From the NCBI RefSeq assembly GCF_009834535.1, contig NC_045698.1, positions 6,016,001 to 6,080,000 on the forward strand: a stretch of DNA of 64,000 bases, given 5' to 3'. Made by a program: the position numbers and the translations under genes. Of this stretch, positions 12,638-25,259 are shown piece by piece. This DNA is from Camelus ferus (taxonomy: Eukaryota). Below the pieces are notes generated by a model, which saw nothing but the letters and a program-made list of their open reading frames with translations, was not told the origin of the DNA and made no database searches. Position 1 is the stretch's first letter. The number at the start of each line of letters is the position of its first letter.

Positions 12638-12699
12638 GGGGGGGGGGTGACGTCAGACCTGAGAGAGAGAGAGAGAGTCCATGGGTCCATGGGTCCATG
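12638..12699. repeat. Compound simple repeat: G10, TGACGTCA (12648-12655), (GA)8, (GTCCATGG)x3
   Basis: Read directly from the sequence. The third 8-mer is one base short. Confidence 0.9.
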
Positions 12700-12860
12700 C
12701 CTCCATTTCTCCCTGGATTTTATGCCATTCACTCAGTTTACCAAAGTTCAATTACTTCACACAATTTCTCTCTTTCTTGACTTTGTTTGTTTCTTGAATA
12801 TATTAATGAGTACTTAAGATAGTCACTGGGCAATATATTTATCTTTAATGAAAAAATAAG

Positions 12861-13404
12861 TGAGGCAGGTCGAACAACAACCCTCCAAAGACCTTCATGT
12901 CAAAATACCAGCTGTTAGTGAATGTGGTGTGTTACCTGGCAGAAAGGAGTTAAGGTTGCAAACGGGATGAAGGTTGCTAATTAGCTGACCTTAAAGTGGG
13001 GCAATTATCCTACGTTATTCTAGTGGGGCGGATTGAATCACACAGGCCCTTAAGAAGTGATGAGGATGGCAGGAGAGTGAGTTAGAGACACAGGACAAGG
13101 AAGGAGTGGTCAGAGAGGTCTGAGGTGTGAAAGGGACAGGACACACTGCAGCTGGATTTGGAAGTGGAGGAAGGGGCCAGGGGACGAGGAACGCCGGCGA
13201 CCCCTGCAACCTGGAGGAGCAAGAAAATGGATTCTCCCACAGAACCTCCAGAAAGAAACCAGCCCAGCCAACACCTTGGTTTTAGTCCAGTGAGACCCAT
13301 TTCAGAACTCTGGCCTCCGGAATAGTAAAAAAAAAAAAAATTAATTTGTGTTGTTTTCAGCCCCCAAGGTATAATTTGTTGTAGCAGCCATAGGAACTAA
13401 CCCA
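12861..13404 (+). mobile_element. MLT1D-like ERVL-MaLR solo LTR
   Basis: aaggttgctaattagctgaccttaaa, ggattctcccacagaacctccagaaag and caacaccttggttttagtccagtgagaccc, with the end gcagccataggaactaaccca. Confidence 0.9.
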
Positions 13405-14667
13405 TTGAAGAGGCCAAAGACACGTGGAGATGGCGACAGTCATGATTAAACCACGGCTCCCTAGTAATGACAGCTCTGCCACCTTTGGGTTCGTCCTGGG
13501 GAGACAGCGGGAGCACGGAGCCTGCTGCATGTGGGGCTGGGGACAGGCAGGAGGCCAGTTGTCATGGGAACGTATGAGCAAAAGCCTTCAAATTAACGTG
13601 GTCTTTTCTTCAGATGATATATGATGATTCTATTCTTGTATGTGTGCATTCTCAATTTTTGTTTTGACATTCACATGTGTTTTTTAATATACCAGGAGCG
13701 TGAACGCTGGGCATGAGGAAGCTCTGTGATGTCCCAGTGAGCATCTGAGAAACTCCATCTCCAGAGAGCCCGACCATCAATCTCTGAGTATTTTATTGCA
13801 TTGATTTTGCAGCTGAGCACTCAGACAATTAAGACCAAGAAATGCAGCATATTTGCTTGTTAGCTTTGAGGAATTTTTTTTTCCTTTCTAACTATACACA
13901 GAACTACAGATACAATTGCAGGCTCCTTTTCTGTGTTTACCAAATAAATATATAATATTATTTTTTAATAGTATAAAGCCTGAAGAAATGAACAGAATAA
14001 ATGTAATCATCTGTGTAACAAAAAATATAAATGATAAATCAGCTGTCTCTTTAAGCAATAAATTTATATAATTATATAGCATGTGCAGGAGTTCCCTGGC
14101 ATTTAAATTACTATGTAGAATTAAACCAGTGGGAAATATTTTCCTGCTGTAGTGTAATCTGTTTATGTTTTCACAGATATTTAACATTTTTTTTTTCATG
14201 TTTGGTTAAAATAATTATTCTTGAAGTGCCCCATATACATTCCACGTCCTGGATACACTCCCTGCCTTGTATTTGTGATGTTTTTAGTGAGTCCATGAAA
14301 CTGTTGCCTGCCCTGTATCCTTTACTGAACTTAAAGGTATAAGTAAGTAATGTAATACTGTGTTTATAAATATTGATAAAAAGGCAATGTGGTTTGTGTC
14401 ACCAATTTGGTGAACATTCCAGAAACAAGTTCCATCTCTAACCACTTGCTGTATCCTTATGAAACTTAGTGAGAACCTAGTCTGGCCCCATCACGGTAGA
14501 TTGTAGGTCTGTGTGGAAATTTTTTCAGGAGGAACTTACTGAGGTGTCGAGTTCTGCTTTTATCATTCAAATGAGTGGATTGATTTTTTTCGGGTAGCTG
14601 TATAACCACTTATATGGATAGAGAAAATAAATATACTGAAAATTTTATAAATTATTATGTTACTAGA

Positions 14668-14903
14668 TATTATAAGCTAAACTGTGTCCCACCCCAAATT
14701 CATAGATTTCATTCCTAGCGCACCAGTACCTCAGCATGTGACTGTACCTGGAGATAAGGCCTTGAAAGAGGTCATTAGTTTAGATGAGGACATTACGGTG
14801 GATCCTAATCCAACATGACAGGTGTTCTTGTGAGAAGAGATTGGGATGCAGGACACACACTGAGGGAAGGTGATGTGAAGATGCAGGGAGAAGATGTCCA
14901 TCA
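14668..14903 (+). mobile_element. MLT1B-like LTR, 5' part only
   Basis: ccagtacctcagcatgtgactgta, gaggtcattagtttagatgagg and cctaatccaacatgacaggtgttctt. Confidence 0.82.
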
Positions 14904-16051
14904 ATGGACCACCTAAAATTCAAACGTGGTTAAAACAGCAGCAACAAAAACAATTCCAAATTTTATGTTTATGATAATCCTTTTTCTTAGTCTCAGAGAA
15001 TTTTCTAGAAAATTAATACTTCATAACGTTAAGAGATTTAATATAAATTCAACAATTTCTTCAGCATTGCATCTTCTACTAAATTCAAGCAAAATTAAAT
15101 TAAATGTGATACTTTAATTGAAATAGTTCGTTCTGTATAATCAAGTATATATCTTTATATTATTGTACCTATTTTTCTACTCATTCTTCTATGTGATTCT
15201 TCAGAGGCTATTCTAGAATAATATTTAGGGAACATTAACAATGGTTAATTATGGGTCAAGAAATAATTACTGATTTTAAATTTCTTCCTTGAACCTTCTG
15301 TATTGCAAGGGAATATCTGAGTGATAATGCAATATTCTAAAACTAAAATAGGGATTCGTTTTTCTCCAATAAGTGTATGACTTTATTATGAGGCAAAAGT
15401 CTAGCCATGATCTATCTAATGGTACAAATAAAATTTAACCATAATTAATTGATCATTTAGATGCATTAATTTATATATTTTTATTTTTATTTTTTAACAT
15501 CATAAAGTCTTTACTGTGGCTTAATTCTGCCCTATGAATGTAATTAAATGACTGTAATCACATGCAATTAATTATAGGGGGGACCAGATATATAAAACTT
15601 AGGACATAATAAAAATCCTGTTTAATTTTCCCTTAAATTATGAAATATATAAATTTCCTTCATATGTCATTGTATTTTTAATACATTAATTTATATGTTT
15701 TTAAAATTGTGTATGGACCTTTTTTTTTTTTTAATTTCCAAAATATACTTAATTACTCCAAGGGTATGTTTCCCAATGCATTTTACCGACTCTAAGTGAC
15801 GGCTTTGGATGAAGGTACATGATAATGGGGAAGAAAGAATCATCAAAAAAAAAAAAAAAAAAGGAAAGTATGAGACGTGTTTTGGGAGCCAGAAGCCTTC
15901 ATCTAGTCTTAGGAGACTAAGCAGCAGTAGGTACCCCTAGAGGAAGCCGGTCTTTAACGTGGGCTGCAGACAGATTGTGGGGGAATTTCCGCGTTAGGTG
16001 CATGAATTTGTTGTCAATTAGGGAACCACTGAACGTTTAGATTGGTAGAAC

Positions 16052-16113
16052 CTCATTCACTCATTCATTCAACAACAGTTTGCTGGGAGTCTATGCAGTG
16101 GGGACAAGCCCTA
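16052..16113 (-). mobile_element. L2 3' tail fragment
   Basis: ctcattcactcattcattcaacaacagtttgctggg is the antisense L2 terminus. Confidence 0.6.
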
Positions 16114-16199
16114 GAATGTTCGCGTTCCCGCCTGCGTGAAACTCTGAGTCCCCAGAAGGAGACAGGAAGGTGAGTCAGTAACGAAAGTCCCGTGAGTTA

Positions 16200-16530
16200 A
16201 GAGTTAATAAGAGACGTGGACAGGAGCACAAGGCGGTGGGATGGGTTCTCTGGGGACTCCCCGCGCGACCGCAGTGAACAAGCGCCCCCGCGTTCGGCGG
16301 GCCACCAGGTCCCCACGCTGCACGTGGGGCGCCGCTTCCAGCGCGCACGAGCCCGCGGGCCCACCCGCGTCCTCCCCTCCAGATGCGGAGGCGCAGAGCG
16401 GGCGGGGCCGCCCAGGTTCGCGCAGCCCAGTGCGGCGCAGACGGAATCCCGCCACACGCGGATGCCCGCGGTAGACCCGGAGCCTCCTGTGTGCACCCCG
16501 ATTTTCCTTCCATGCTAAATTTCGAGTAAG
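16200..16530 (+). promoter_or_regulatory. Small CpG island, candidate promoter/first exon
   Basis: About 40 CpGs in 330 bp by manual count, against a CpG-poor background. E-box CACGTG at 16321, GC box GGGCGGGG at 16400-16407, donor-like CGA|GTAAGC after 16525. The gene is not recognised and the strand is inferred. Confidence 0.75.
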
Positions 16531-18859
16531 CTGCAGAAATTTAACTCATGCTCATGTGGAGTGTTTTGATTCTGCAGTGGAAGTACAGAGATGCTGGAAG
16601 AGCTATGTGGAGCTATGCGGTAGAGGATGTGTTTTCCTGTTTGGGTCATAAACTGGACCCGAGTGCAAAGTTTAAAGGCCAATGTATGTTTTAACAACAC
16701 CATAAATATAAATTCATATTGGCTTGAAGGAAACAGTAGTTCAATAATTCAGTAATTTGGGGATATGTTCCTTTTCTGAATTGCTCTCTATTGTGACTAT
16801 TTCTATTCACTTGGTCAGGTGTTCATCTTAACCAGGGTATTTCCCTCAGGAACCAGCCACCTGCATCACGTAGCAAAATGCCAGTATTGTGTCTTTGTTA
16901 TTCCTACTTAATGGAATAGATTCTAATTCACAGAGAACATTGTGCTATTTTTGCCATAGCCTTCTTAACTTGGAACCACTCTCTATTTTGCATAACTTGT
17001 GAGAGATGATCATTCAGTTCTGAATATGGAAATTATAGTCCCCTCTGATTACACTGATCATTCTCAGTGAGGCTGATAGTTGGTAAAGTAGGAGAGAATC
17101 TTTGAGAAGGACGGTGTATATTGTCAGGAGAGAGACAAGGAGATCTGGTAAGACACATGGCCTGATGAAGAGAAAGAACAGTGTTCAATGTCATTATGTA
17201 AACTTTTGCTTAAATTAAGGAGTCTCCCTCCTCCTTCCTGGGTCATGGTCTCATCATATACCCCTTAACTACGTGCAGAATAAAAGTCCATATGAAGGCA
17301 CATTCTCCCCATTGCCTGGGGCTCCTCTCTGCTTCTTCTAAGTAGTGTCCACCACTGCCTGTTCCCGGAACCTCTCTGGCCGCCCGTCTTGCCCCTGACA
17401 TGTTACATGCTAAGTGTCGAAACAGCAGAGTTTGCATCTTACGTGACAAGCCGCATGACAAAGGACAATTGATGTGATGTGACTTGACAAGTTTTCAGCG
17501 TGAGAGATGTTACCAGCATTACTTCTCTGCTGGAAAATGTGTCAATCCTGTTATTTGACAAACGAATAGAAGTTTTGCATTAGAAACAAATGACTTTTTC
17601 CTACCTTCAAAGCTATCCTGCTGTTCCAGGCATCATTGCCTTCCAGACTGCACATGCAGAGGAGAAAGTGACGTGTCCTGTCTCAACCAATATTATGATG
17701 ACTATTTAATAAAAGTACAGATGACTCTGAAAGGCAGGATGGGTCAGGAGTGCGTGGCTGCACAGCCAGTAAAAGTTGGACTATGTGGAATCAGATTCAC
17801 TTCCAAAAACTTTCTCCTAATGGCCAGAACACTTGCTATTCTCACACCCACTGGTCTTTACTCTTACTGGGTCATTTCTCTCCCACCAGTTCATCTTTTC
17901 TCTCCAAAGAAATTTTTTTAAAAATTTAAACAAGTAAAAACAAACAGAAAACAACAAAACACCTCACTCACACTCATGTCTGCAGTGTAAGTGTCTGCAC
18001 TGAAGACTTAAGTGGAAATAACAAACACTGACAAATTTAATGGTTTTGCATCCCAAAACCTTGGAGGCAAGTATTTTGAATTTCCTGGCAGAGATAAAAT
18101 ACAGGTTTCCAGGAAGATGCATGAGCTACACCTAGGCTTAGAAGGAGTTGTGCCCTTTCCCTAAATTTGGGCAAGAAAACTGAAATAATGTGTGTTTACC
18201 TAGAAGAGTGGGTAAAACACACACACACAAAGACTGACATTCTCTGGGCTGATGCAGTGAGTGGAATGAGATAAAACCAAGTTTTAACTTTAGGTTCAAA
18301 TCTGAAATTAGCTAAAATTTTCCCAAGTTGACTTTTTCATATTGAACTATTTGATTGCCCTATAATAATTAATTTCAGAAAGAGTTTTACTCACAAAGAA
18401 TTATCATAAATTACATGTAAGAAAAAAACATGTAACTGTAATTTTGATCAAAATACATGTTTAAACCTTTCTAAATAAAGCATATATTTTGCGGTACAGA
18501 AAGTCATGATATCTATTCAACATCTTTCAAATTGCTAAACTTAAAAAGAATAATGGCTCATGTTATTTTAAAATTTCCCTTATGAGAAGGCAACTGTGTC
18601 TCTGTACATATAAAAGATATTTCTGCTTTCTGTACATTTTATTAAAATATTACACGTGACCATCCTTTCTCAAGAAGCCAGATATTTTGCAGTATTTTTG
18701 ACGGAATTATTTCACAGATAAGGAGAAAAGAAATTGGTATTGGAGAAATGATTACAGAGACTTTTATTCTGGCAGAGAGAACTGAGGAAGAATATTGAAC
18801 TCTATGTTTAACGCATCCCACATGTAAAAAGCAGCTAGTAAAAGCCACTGTGTAATGGC

Positions 18860-19970
18860 AGTCAGTGGCCCTCTAAAATATGACCCTTCTTTATAAACAG
18901 TAAAAACACTGGCAAAAATTGCCAACACCAACATTTTCAAAACTCTGGAAAATATCCAAGCTTTTTAAAAATTTAAGGAGCATTTATTCTAGATAATAGC
19001 TGAATATTAGCAAAAAAAAAAAAAAAAAATCCAGTGATGTTTTAATGTAATGTAACTTGGTCCCTTCCTATCACCCTCCATGATAGCCTTAAAAACCAAG
19101 AGCCTAGCGATCATGGCAGCAATGAAAAACAACATTCCAGAAGCTACTGAAGGGGACAGAACAGGTTGAAACTCCCCAAAACCCCATCCTAGGGAAGTGT
19201 TATTCTTTGGTGTATAAGTTTTCTAGAGACTTCAACTCATCAGCCTACACCCAACCCAGAGTTCAGTCAGTAACAGCCTTTCCCCTGGGAGGTTTTCTTG
19301 AAAACAATTCGCAGTAGTTGTTTAACACTGTGGCTGCCCAAGATGAATCAGCTGGAGCAAACAAGAAGTTGACCTGAGAATTTAAAGCGAGAAACTACAG
19401 AATGAGATACTCATCGGGACTTTGAAAAGGTCTTACATATTGAAGTCCACACCCATGTGAGCAGCTGTATATAAGCACAGGGCTCTTCTACCCAAGAAGG
19501 CCCTAATCTCTCACTGTGGCTGGACTTGGAGCTCTGCACAAGTAGGAATTAAAGGGTAAGGCCAAGTTGTAAACTGCCTGTATGAGCAATTAAGGTCTGA
19601 CCCAACAAGCACACAGAGCCCCTCAGCAAACGTTGGGGGACTTACTGGTTTAAGTCATTTTGGAAAATTTCTGTCAAATAATTAGTTGACCACTAAGCTT
19701 ACTAAGCAGAACCTTGAGTTGTTACACGCAATAGAGAATATGGCATTTGTTGAACTGGTTCAGAAAAGTCAGTCAACAAGCAAAAGGAAACAATAACAAC
19801 AAAGCCCCCTGAGAAGGGGAGGAATCTGATTTCCAGAGTTGCCACATTATATTATTTAAAATGTTCAACTTTCAACAATAAATTATGAGATATGAAAAGA
19901 AACTGAAAAAGAAGACTCCAGGAGGGGAAAAAAGTAAATAAAAATTGTCCCTGAGGAAGCCCAGATGGGG
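18860..19970 (+). mobile_element. Old L1 (L1MC/MD-type) 5' region running into the ORF1 start
   Basis: aacattttcaaaactctggaaaat near the start. gaatctgatttccagagttgccacattatattatttaaaatgttcaactttcaacaa and gtccctgaggaagcccagatg near the end. Confidence 0.8.
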
Positions 19971-21171
19971 CAGAGGCAGAGCAAAGAAGAAGAAAGAACT
20001 TGAACTGACAAAGCCTGAGTCTTGGTGCCTCAAGACACGGCATGAGGTTCCACGTGGGGATGACCTCGCTCAACTCCAGGGACCATCTTTTCTAAGTTCC
20101 GGGGTTCCTGAGATATTTTGTTCATATAGAGCCTATGACGCTCTTAAAAAATAAGTAATTAAATTCTAAAAAATTTTAAAAAGCAAGTAAAAGATTTCTC
20201 TCTCTTTCTCAACCCTCTCCCCCTCACCTTCTCACCTCCTGTTTCACTGACTGCATTCTCATTCCTGATTGCCCACCACAATATGTAAAGCAACGAAGTC
20301 CTTTATTCAGTGAGAGGAAGGTCCAATTTTGATCCAAGATGATTATCTCAGATTCTGCTTTGTGTGTGTTGCTCCTTGTAGCTGAGAACATTTCTTTATG
20401 CTTTTTTTCTGATAATAACAATACTTTCATTCTCAACAATGTTAATTATCTGGCAGAACCTCCTGATGCTTATGATCTTCAGTTATTAGGTGGAGGTTTA
20501 GCCACTACAACACCTGATGCCTCATCTGTCTCATTACATGGGTGCACAGCTTTCTAGGAAGATTTGGAACGTAATTATACCATCTTTATTTAAAATATAT
20601 AATGCTGTTAAAAAAATACCTAATGGTTTATCATAAATAAGCCATTAAGTGACTCTAGTGTCTTCTAAATTTATTTTTATGATAGACACAGATATTTTCT
20701 TAGCTGTTTCTCCAGCCAGAGAATTGTAGGAGACTTGAAAGTGATTGCTGAAACTCGGTGTCTAATTCATGAAAATGTAAAAAGGAGGAGAAAAGTCTCC
20801 AGTAATGAAATCCCTTATGAATCCTATGAACAGAGGCAGTAAGTCCTATCCACAGGCTTATCTGCATCTTAGCTCCTGCTCTTGCCAACACGCCTGTCAC
20901 TCCTCCATGACACAGCACTTCTCCTGCCACAGTGTCTTTAACTGAAGAAAATTTGTACTCTGAATGGCAGTTGCTCATAGGAGGCTATGAACTGTTGGTC
21001 AGTCACTGCTTAGAAATGGCTTGAGTTCCTTCTGACCTTGTGCGTGCCCATGCTTAGCTCACTTTTTATGTTTGGGGCTTGTCGTTGAGTGTTTCTTTTT
21101 AAATTTTTTTCTTTGGTCTTTGAATTTTGATTCCCTAAGACAGAAAATGGAAATTCACACAACTGACAATG

Positions 21172-21290
21172 GCAGACTAGTTCAGTGCAGTGGCTGAATG
21201 GGTGGGCTTCGTGTGGACTGATGGCCTTTAAAATATGTCTCTGGAACTTCCTAGCTATGCAGCCCTGAAAAGATACTTAACCTCTCTGTG
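21172..21290 (+). mobile_element. MIR SINE fragment abutting an MLT2 LTR
   Basis: acttcctagctatgcagccctg...tacttaacctctctgtg is the MIR core. Confidence 0.65.
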
Positions 21291-21720
21291 ACTGACAGTT
21301 AATTTTATGCATCAGCTTAGCCAGGCTGTAGTGCCAAGTTGTTTAGTCCAACATTTAGATGTTGTTGTGTGGGTGACTTTTAGATGTGATTGACGTTTAA
21401 ATCACCAGACTTTGAATAAAGTCTATAAAGTGAGTGGGCTTCATCTTCATCCAAACAATTGAAGTCCTTAAGAGCAAACAAAGACAGAGGTTTCCTGATA
21501 AAGAGAATTCTACCTTATAAATGCAATACAGACACCCTACCTGGGTTACCCATCTGCTGTCCTGCAGGATTTGGACTCAAGACTACAACATCAGATTTTC
21601 CCTGAATTTCCAGCTTGCCAGCATGCCCTATGATTTCAGACTTGTTAAAGCCCACAATCAAATGAGCCAACCTCTTAAAATCCATTCCCCTCTCTTTAGT
21701 CCCCTCACCTAAAACCCTGT
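21291..21720 (+). mobile_element. MLT2C/D-like ERVL LTR
   Basis: gttaattttatgcatcagcttagccaggct, ttgaagtccttaagagcaaa, ggatttggactcaagactacaacatca and gatttcagacttg...cccacaatca. Confidence 0.85.
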
Positions 21721-23039
21721 CATTACATCATGGAAGCAATGTAATGATATCTTTCCCTCATTTAAAATTTTTTCTTTGTTTATTTATGAAAACAAACATT
21801 TATGGGAACCAGGAATACAGAAAATCAGGATCTAATGAAACAAGAGTGAACATAACTCTACGTATGCAACCTTGAAATAAACATGGGTCATGGATTATAA
21901 TTTAAGCTAATGTGGTAGGAGACTATTATTGCTCATTCATCTCCCACATTCTGTAGGTAAGTTGGGCTTGATAATTGAGCTGATGAACAAAGAAATCCTT
22001 GGTGCCAATGTCTTCGAAGAGAAAGGTACAAAGAATCACATGGAGGTGAATTTTACAAGGGCAGGGAATGGTGCAGAAAGATCTTTAAAGGGACCAGGCA
22101 CCAATTGTGCATGAATTGTATGATACGTAACATTCCATAGGAACGTTGATGCTTCTGGTCGAGGTGAGACAGAACTGTAGGTATTAATCCCTAAGGCAGG
22201 AAGTCTGTACTCTACCCATCCTTGTCCTGAGCTTCTAGAGTTTATCAACTGCCCTTGTATGCAAATGCAGAACAGGAATTGGTGATTGGCTTGTTTCCTT
22301 GGTCAATATGAAGATCATGCAAAGAAGCCCCAGTAATTTTTCTCTGGACTCTTTGTCATTACTGTCTTATCTTACTCTTTCATTAAACTATGCACAAAAT
22401 TTCACTGAGTCTCCCACCCCTACTCTCCACCCCTTTGCTAGACCCTGAGCCAAGCACTGGAAACACAGCAGCTGAGATAGGGTTTTTGTTTCCTAGACTC
22501 ATTGAAACTCAAATTTTAGTGACTCAGCAGAACCTTCTAAGATGGCTTTCTTCACTTACATGCTTAGACTTCAGTGGCTCTGCTGCTGCATTGAGAATTC
22601 ATCACCTGTAATTTCTCCAGACTCAGTCACTCAGCACTTCTGAGATGGTATTCCTTTCCGCCTCCTTATGATTGATCCTGGTGAAGGCTGTGCTGTCTCA
22701 GTGATAATTAAGGAATGGCCCTCAGTCAGAAGAACCAATTTCCCAAGTGGAATGGGATCTTTTTTTTTAACAAGTAGATGGTTGCTCATCTTCTATGAAA
22801 AGTTTAAACTCTGAAGTGTTGGAAGCTTAAATTGCATGACTTCCAAGAGAGATTTACTGGAGGGCCCAGATCCACCCTCCTTGGAGTCAACAACCTTTCC
22901 AAGCATCCAGTGGAGTTGGGATGGGGACAAGGAGCCCTTTACTAGATCCTCCAGTGCTAGAAAGACCTGCTTGGCTAGCACTTGTATCCAGCCCCTTTTT
23001 TTATCTGTCTGTTAGAAATATTTTTTATTATGATTTGTT

Positions 23040-23260
23040 GTGTTGGAAGGAGCAAAACTTGGGCATCAGACACACCTTAGTTTGAGTTTCAGCTTCACCA
23101 GTTACAGTTTGTATAATCTTTAGAAAATTGCTTATGTATGGTAATCCCCAGTTCCTTCAATGTAAGTAGAAATGAAAATATATACCTTGAATTACCTTGT
23201 ATAAATTTTGATACACTAAGTATAACCTCATGCCATGACCCAAGCCTGAATATATATGGG
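23040..23260 (+). mobile_element. MIR SINE (degenerate)
   Basis: ggcatcagacacaccttagtttgagtttcagctt...cccagttccttcaatgtaa pattern. Confidence 0.6.
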
Positions 23261-23299
23261 GGAACAGAAATGGTCCACATGATGAATGGATTTCAGAAA

Positions 23300-23470
23300 C
23301 TTCATAAATGGATCTGAATCTCAGTGGAGGGATTGGAGCGAAAATATAAACATGGAGTCTTTAGCATGTAGATGAGAACAGAAGACATAGATTGAGAGGA
23401 GATGAGAAAAGAATTTAAAACCCTGAAGGGCTCCCAAATGAAATAAACCAGCAGGAGAAGTAGAAACCAG
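23300..23470 (-). mobile_element. L2 fragment
   Basis: atataaacatggagtctttagcatgtagatg resembles antisense L2. Confidence 0.5.
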
Positions 23471-24714
23471 GTAGTAATAGCTAAGATCCTGTCAAATCAA
23501 GAAAAAGTTTGCCAAGTGTAGCCAAAAAATTAAAACTAAAATACACTTTAAATTCTACCCACAAGAAGCTTTCACAGCACAAATGGAGGAAAATATAAAA
23601 GGAAAAAATCATATTAAATGTTCTTTTTACCTTTATAAGAAAAGTATTAGGTGAACAAGCTGGCATTATTGCTTTTATCCTTCAGAGGCGAATGTAAGAT
23701 GGTTCATCAAAATTATGATGAATCGGATTAAAGGATGAGATGATGTAGAAATATCATAATTCCACTTTCTGTCCATTTTGTGTGTTTTACTATAACAGTC
23801 TAATGCTGTCAAATGTAAGCAGTACGTATTACATTTACAGAAACACCTGACACAAATACAGTAGCAGAACAAACTCTTGTGTTTCATTATTTTAATATGT
23901 ATTTTGACAAAAAAAAGTATTTTCTGTGGGTGTGAAAATAACAGCAGTGATTAGCAGGAATGGCAATTCACCTTAAAGTTGTGAAAATTAAAATGATTAA
24001 AATAGTATCTTAAAAAAAAGTTATTGACATTACCGTACAAGCCAACTTTATTAAAGGAAGAATTATTAAAAGATACTTAAGTGATATTAGTAATAATACA
24101 GTGATACCTTCCAAAGTTTATTATTTATATCAAATTCCACTGGCGATTTTGAGGTTAAGTATAAGCACAAATATGTTTTTTTAAAGAAACCCAGTACACA
24201 GTTGTCTATTAAATATAACATGTTGTGGAATTCTTGTTGATATTTTCAAAGAGTGAATATGATCAATAGGGCAAATTCAAGATTTCTGTCAGCATGTATA
24301 AATCTGAAATTAAACAGTGATGAAATTGAAATGTGAATTTCCTAATTAAGGATCAAAATAGAAAAAAAAATAGAATATTTTGAAACTTGGACTGCCTGTT
24401 CAAAATGTCAAGCACTGAGCATCTAATATTTAAAAAATAATTTTGTTAAATATTTTGTTAAATTAGGGAGTCTAAAAATTTCTAATGTTGGTGATAATTT
24501 GTTTTAATACATTCCTTTATCGATCGATAGCTGTTGTGAATGTAATTTGGTACAAATATATTTACATACATATTTTAAATACATTCTGATACTTTTTGGT
24601 GAGGTTGAAAGTTGGTGTATTCATTGGCCCAGTGATTACATTTATGGATAAACTTCAGCTCATCTTACCAAAAGTTAAGAGAGTTCAAGAGGTTGTTGCT
24701 AAGAGCAAACAATA

Positions 24715-24990
24715 CACATAGCAATGGGATAATGGATTCACACCATGGAATATTAAACAGCTCTGAAAAGGAATTTACTATAGCTACAAGCAGTAGCATG
24801 AATTAAATTTTGCAACAACACTGAGGAAAGAAAAAGCAAGTGCAGGAAGACTAGATAATTTTACTAGCCTTGGAATAAAATTAAACCAAATGGTAACAAA
24901 ATGAAATACTGTTCTTTTAGGCATATGCATATACATGGCCAGATAATACACAGGTTTTGAAGTTTACTCTCGGAAAAGGTGAAGTGCTTT
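24715..24990 (+). mobile_element. Old L1ME-type 3' fragment
   Basis: attcacaccatggaatattaaacagctctgaaaaggaat...ctatagctacaagcagtagcatgaattaa. Confidence 0.65.
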
Positions 24991-25259
24991 TGGTGTTCAA
25001 ATTGTATCTCCTCATTTCTTGGTCCAACTTTGGTTGAAGCCATATCTGTGTGAACTCAGCCCCCTGTCACTTAGGGGGTCAGAAACAAGGGTTTCTGCAT
25101 GTCTCACAGTAGTTCCTGGTGCAATCAAGTCCCTGTAACCTGATGGTTCGCCTACTACGACGGCTGACTTTGGTGGGTTGGCATGTGTTAGGCATGGAAG
25201 GGGAAGAGTCATCTTCTAAAGGAATAACCACTTAGCTGTTATAAGAACAAGAAAACAGT

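Noticed and set aside
13614..13716. Mini-exon pair MIYDDSIL (13614-13637) plus ERERWA-stop (from 13696)
   Set aside because: The implied intron is only 58 nt, shorter than typical mammalian minima, and the donor CTT|GTATGT is modest.
16175..16518. Five overlapping ORFs at the CpG island
   Set aside because: Expected from the scarcity of stop codons in GC-rich DNA; the translations are low-complexity Arg/Gly/Ala/Pro.
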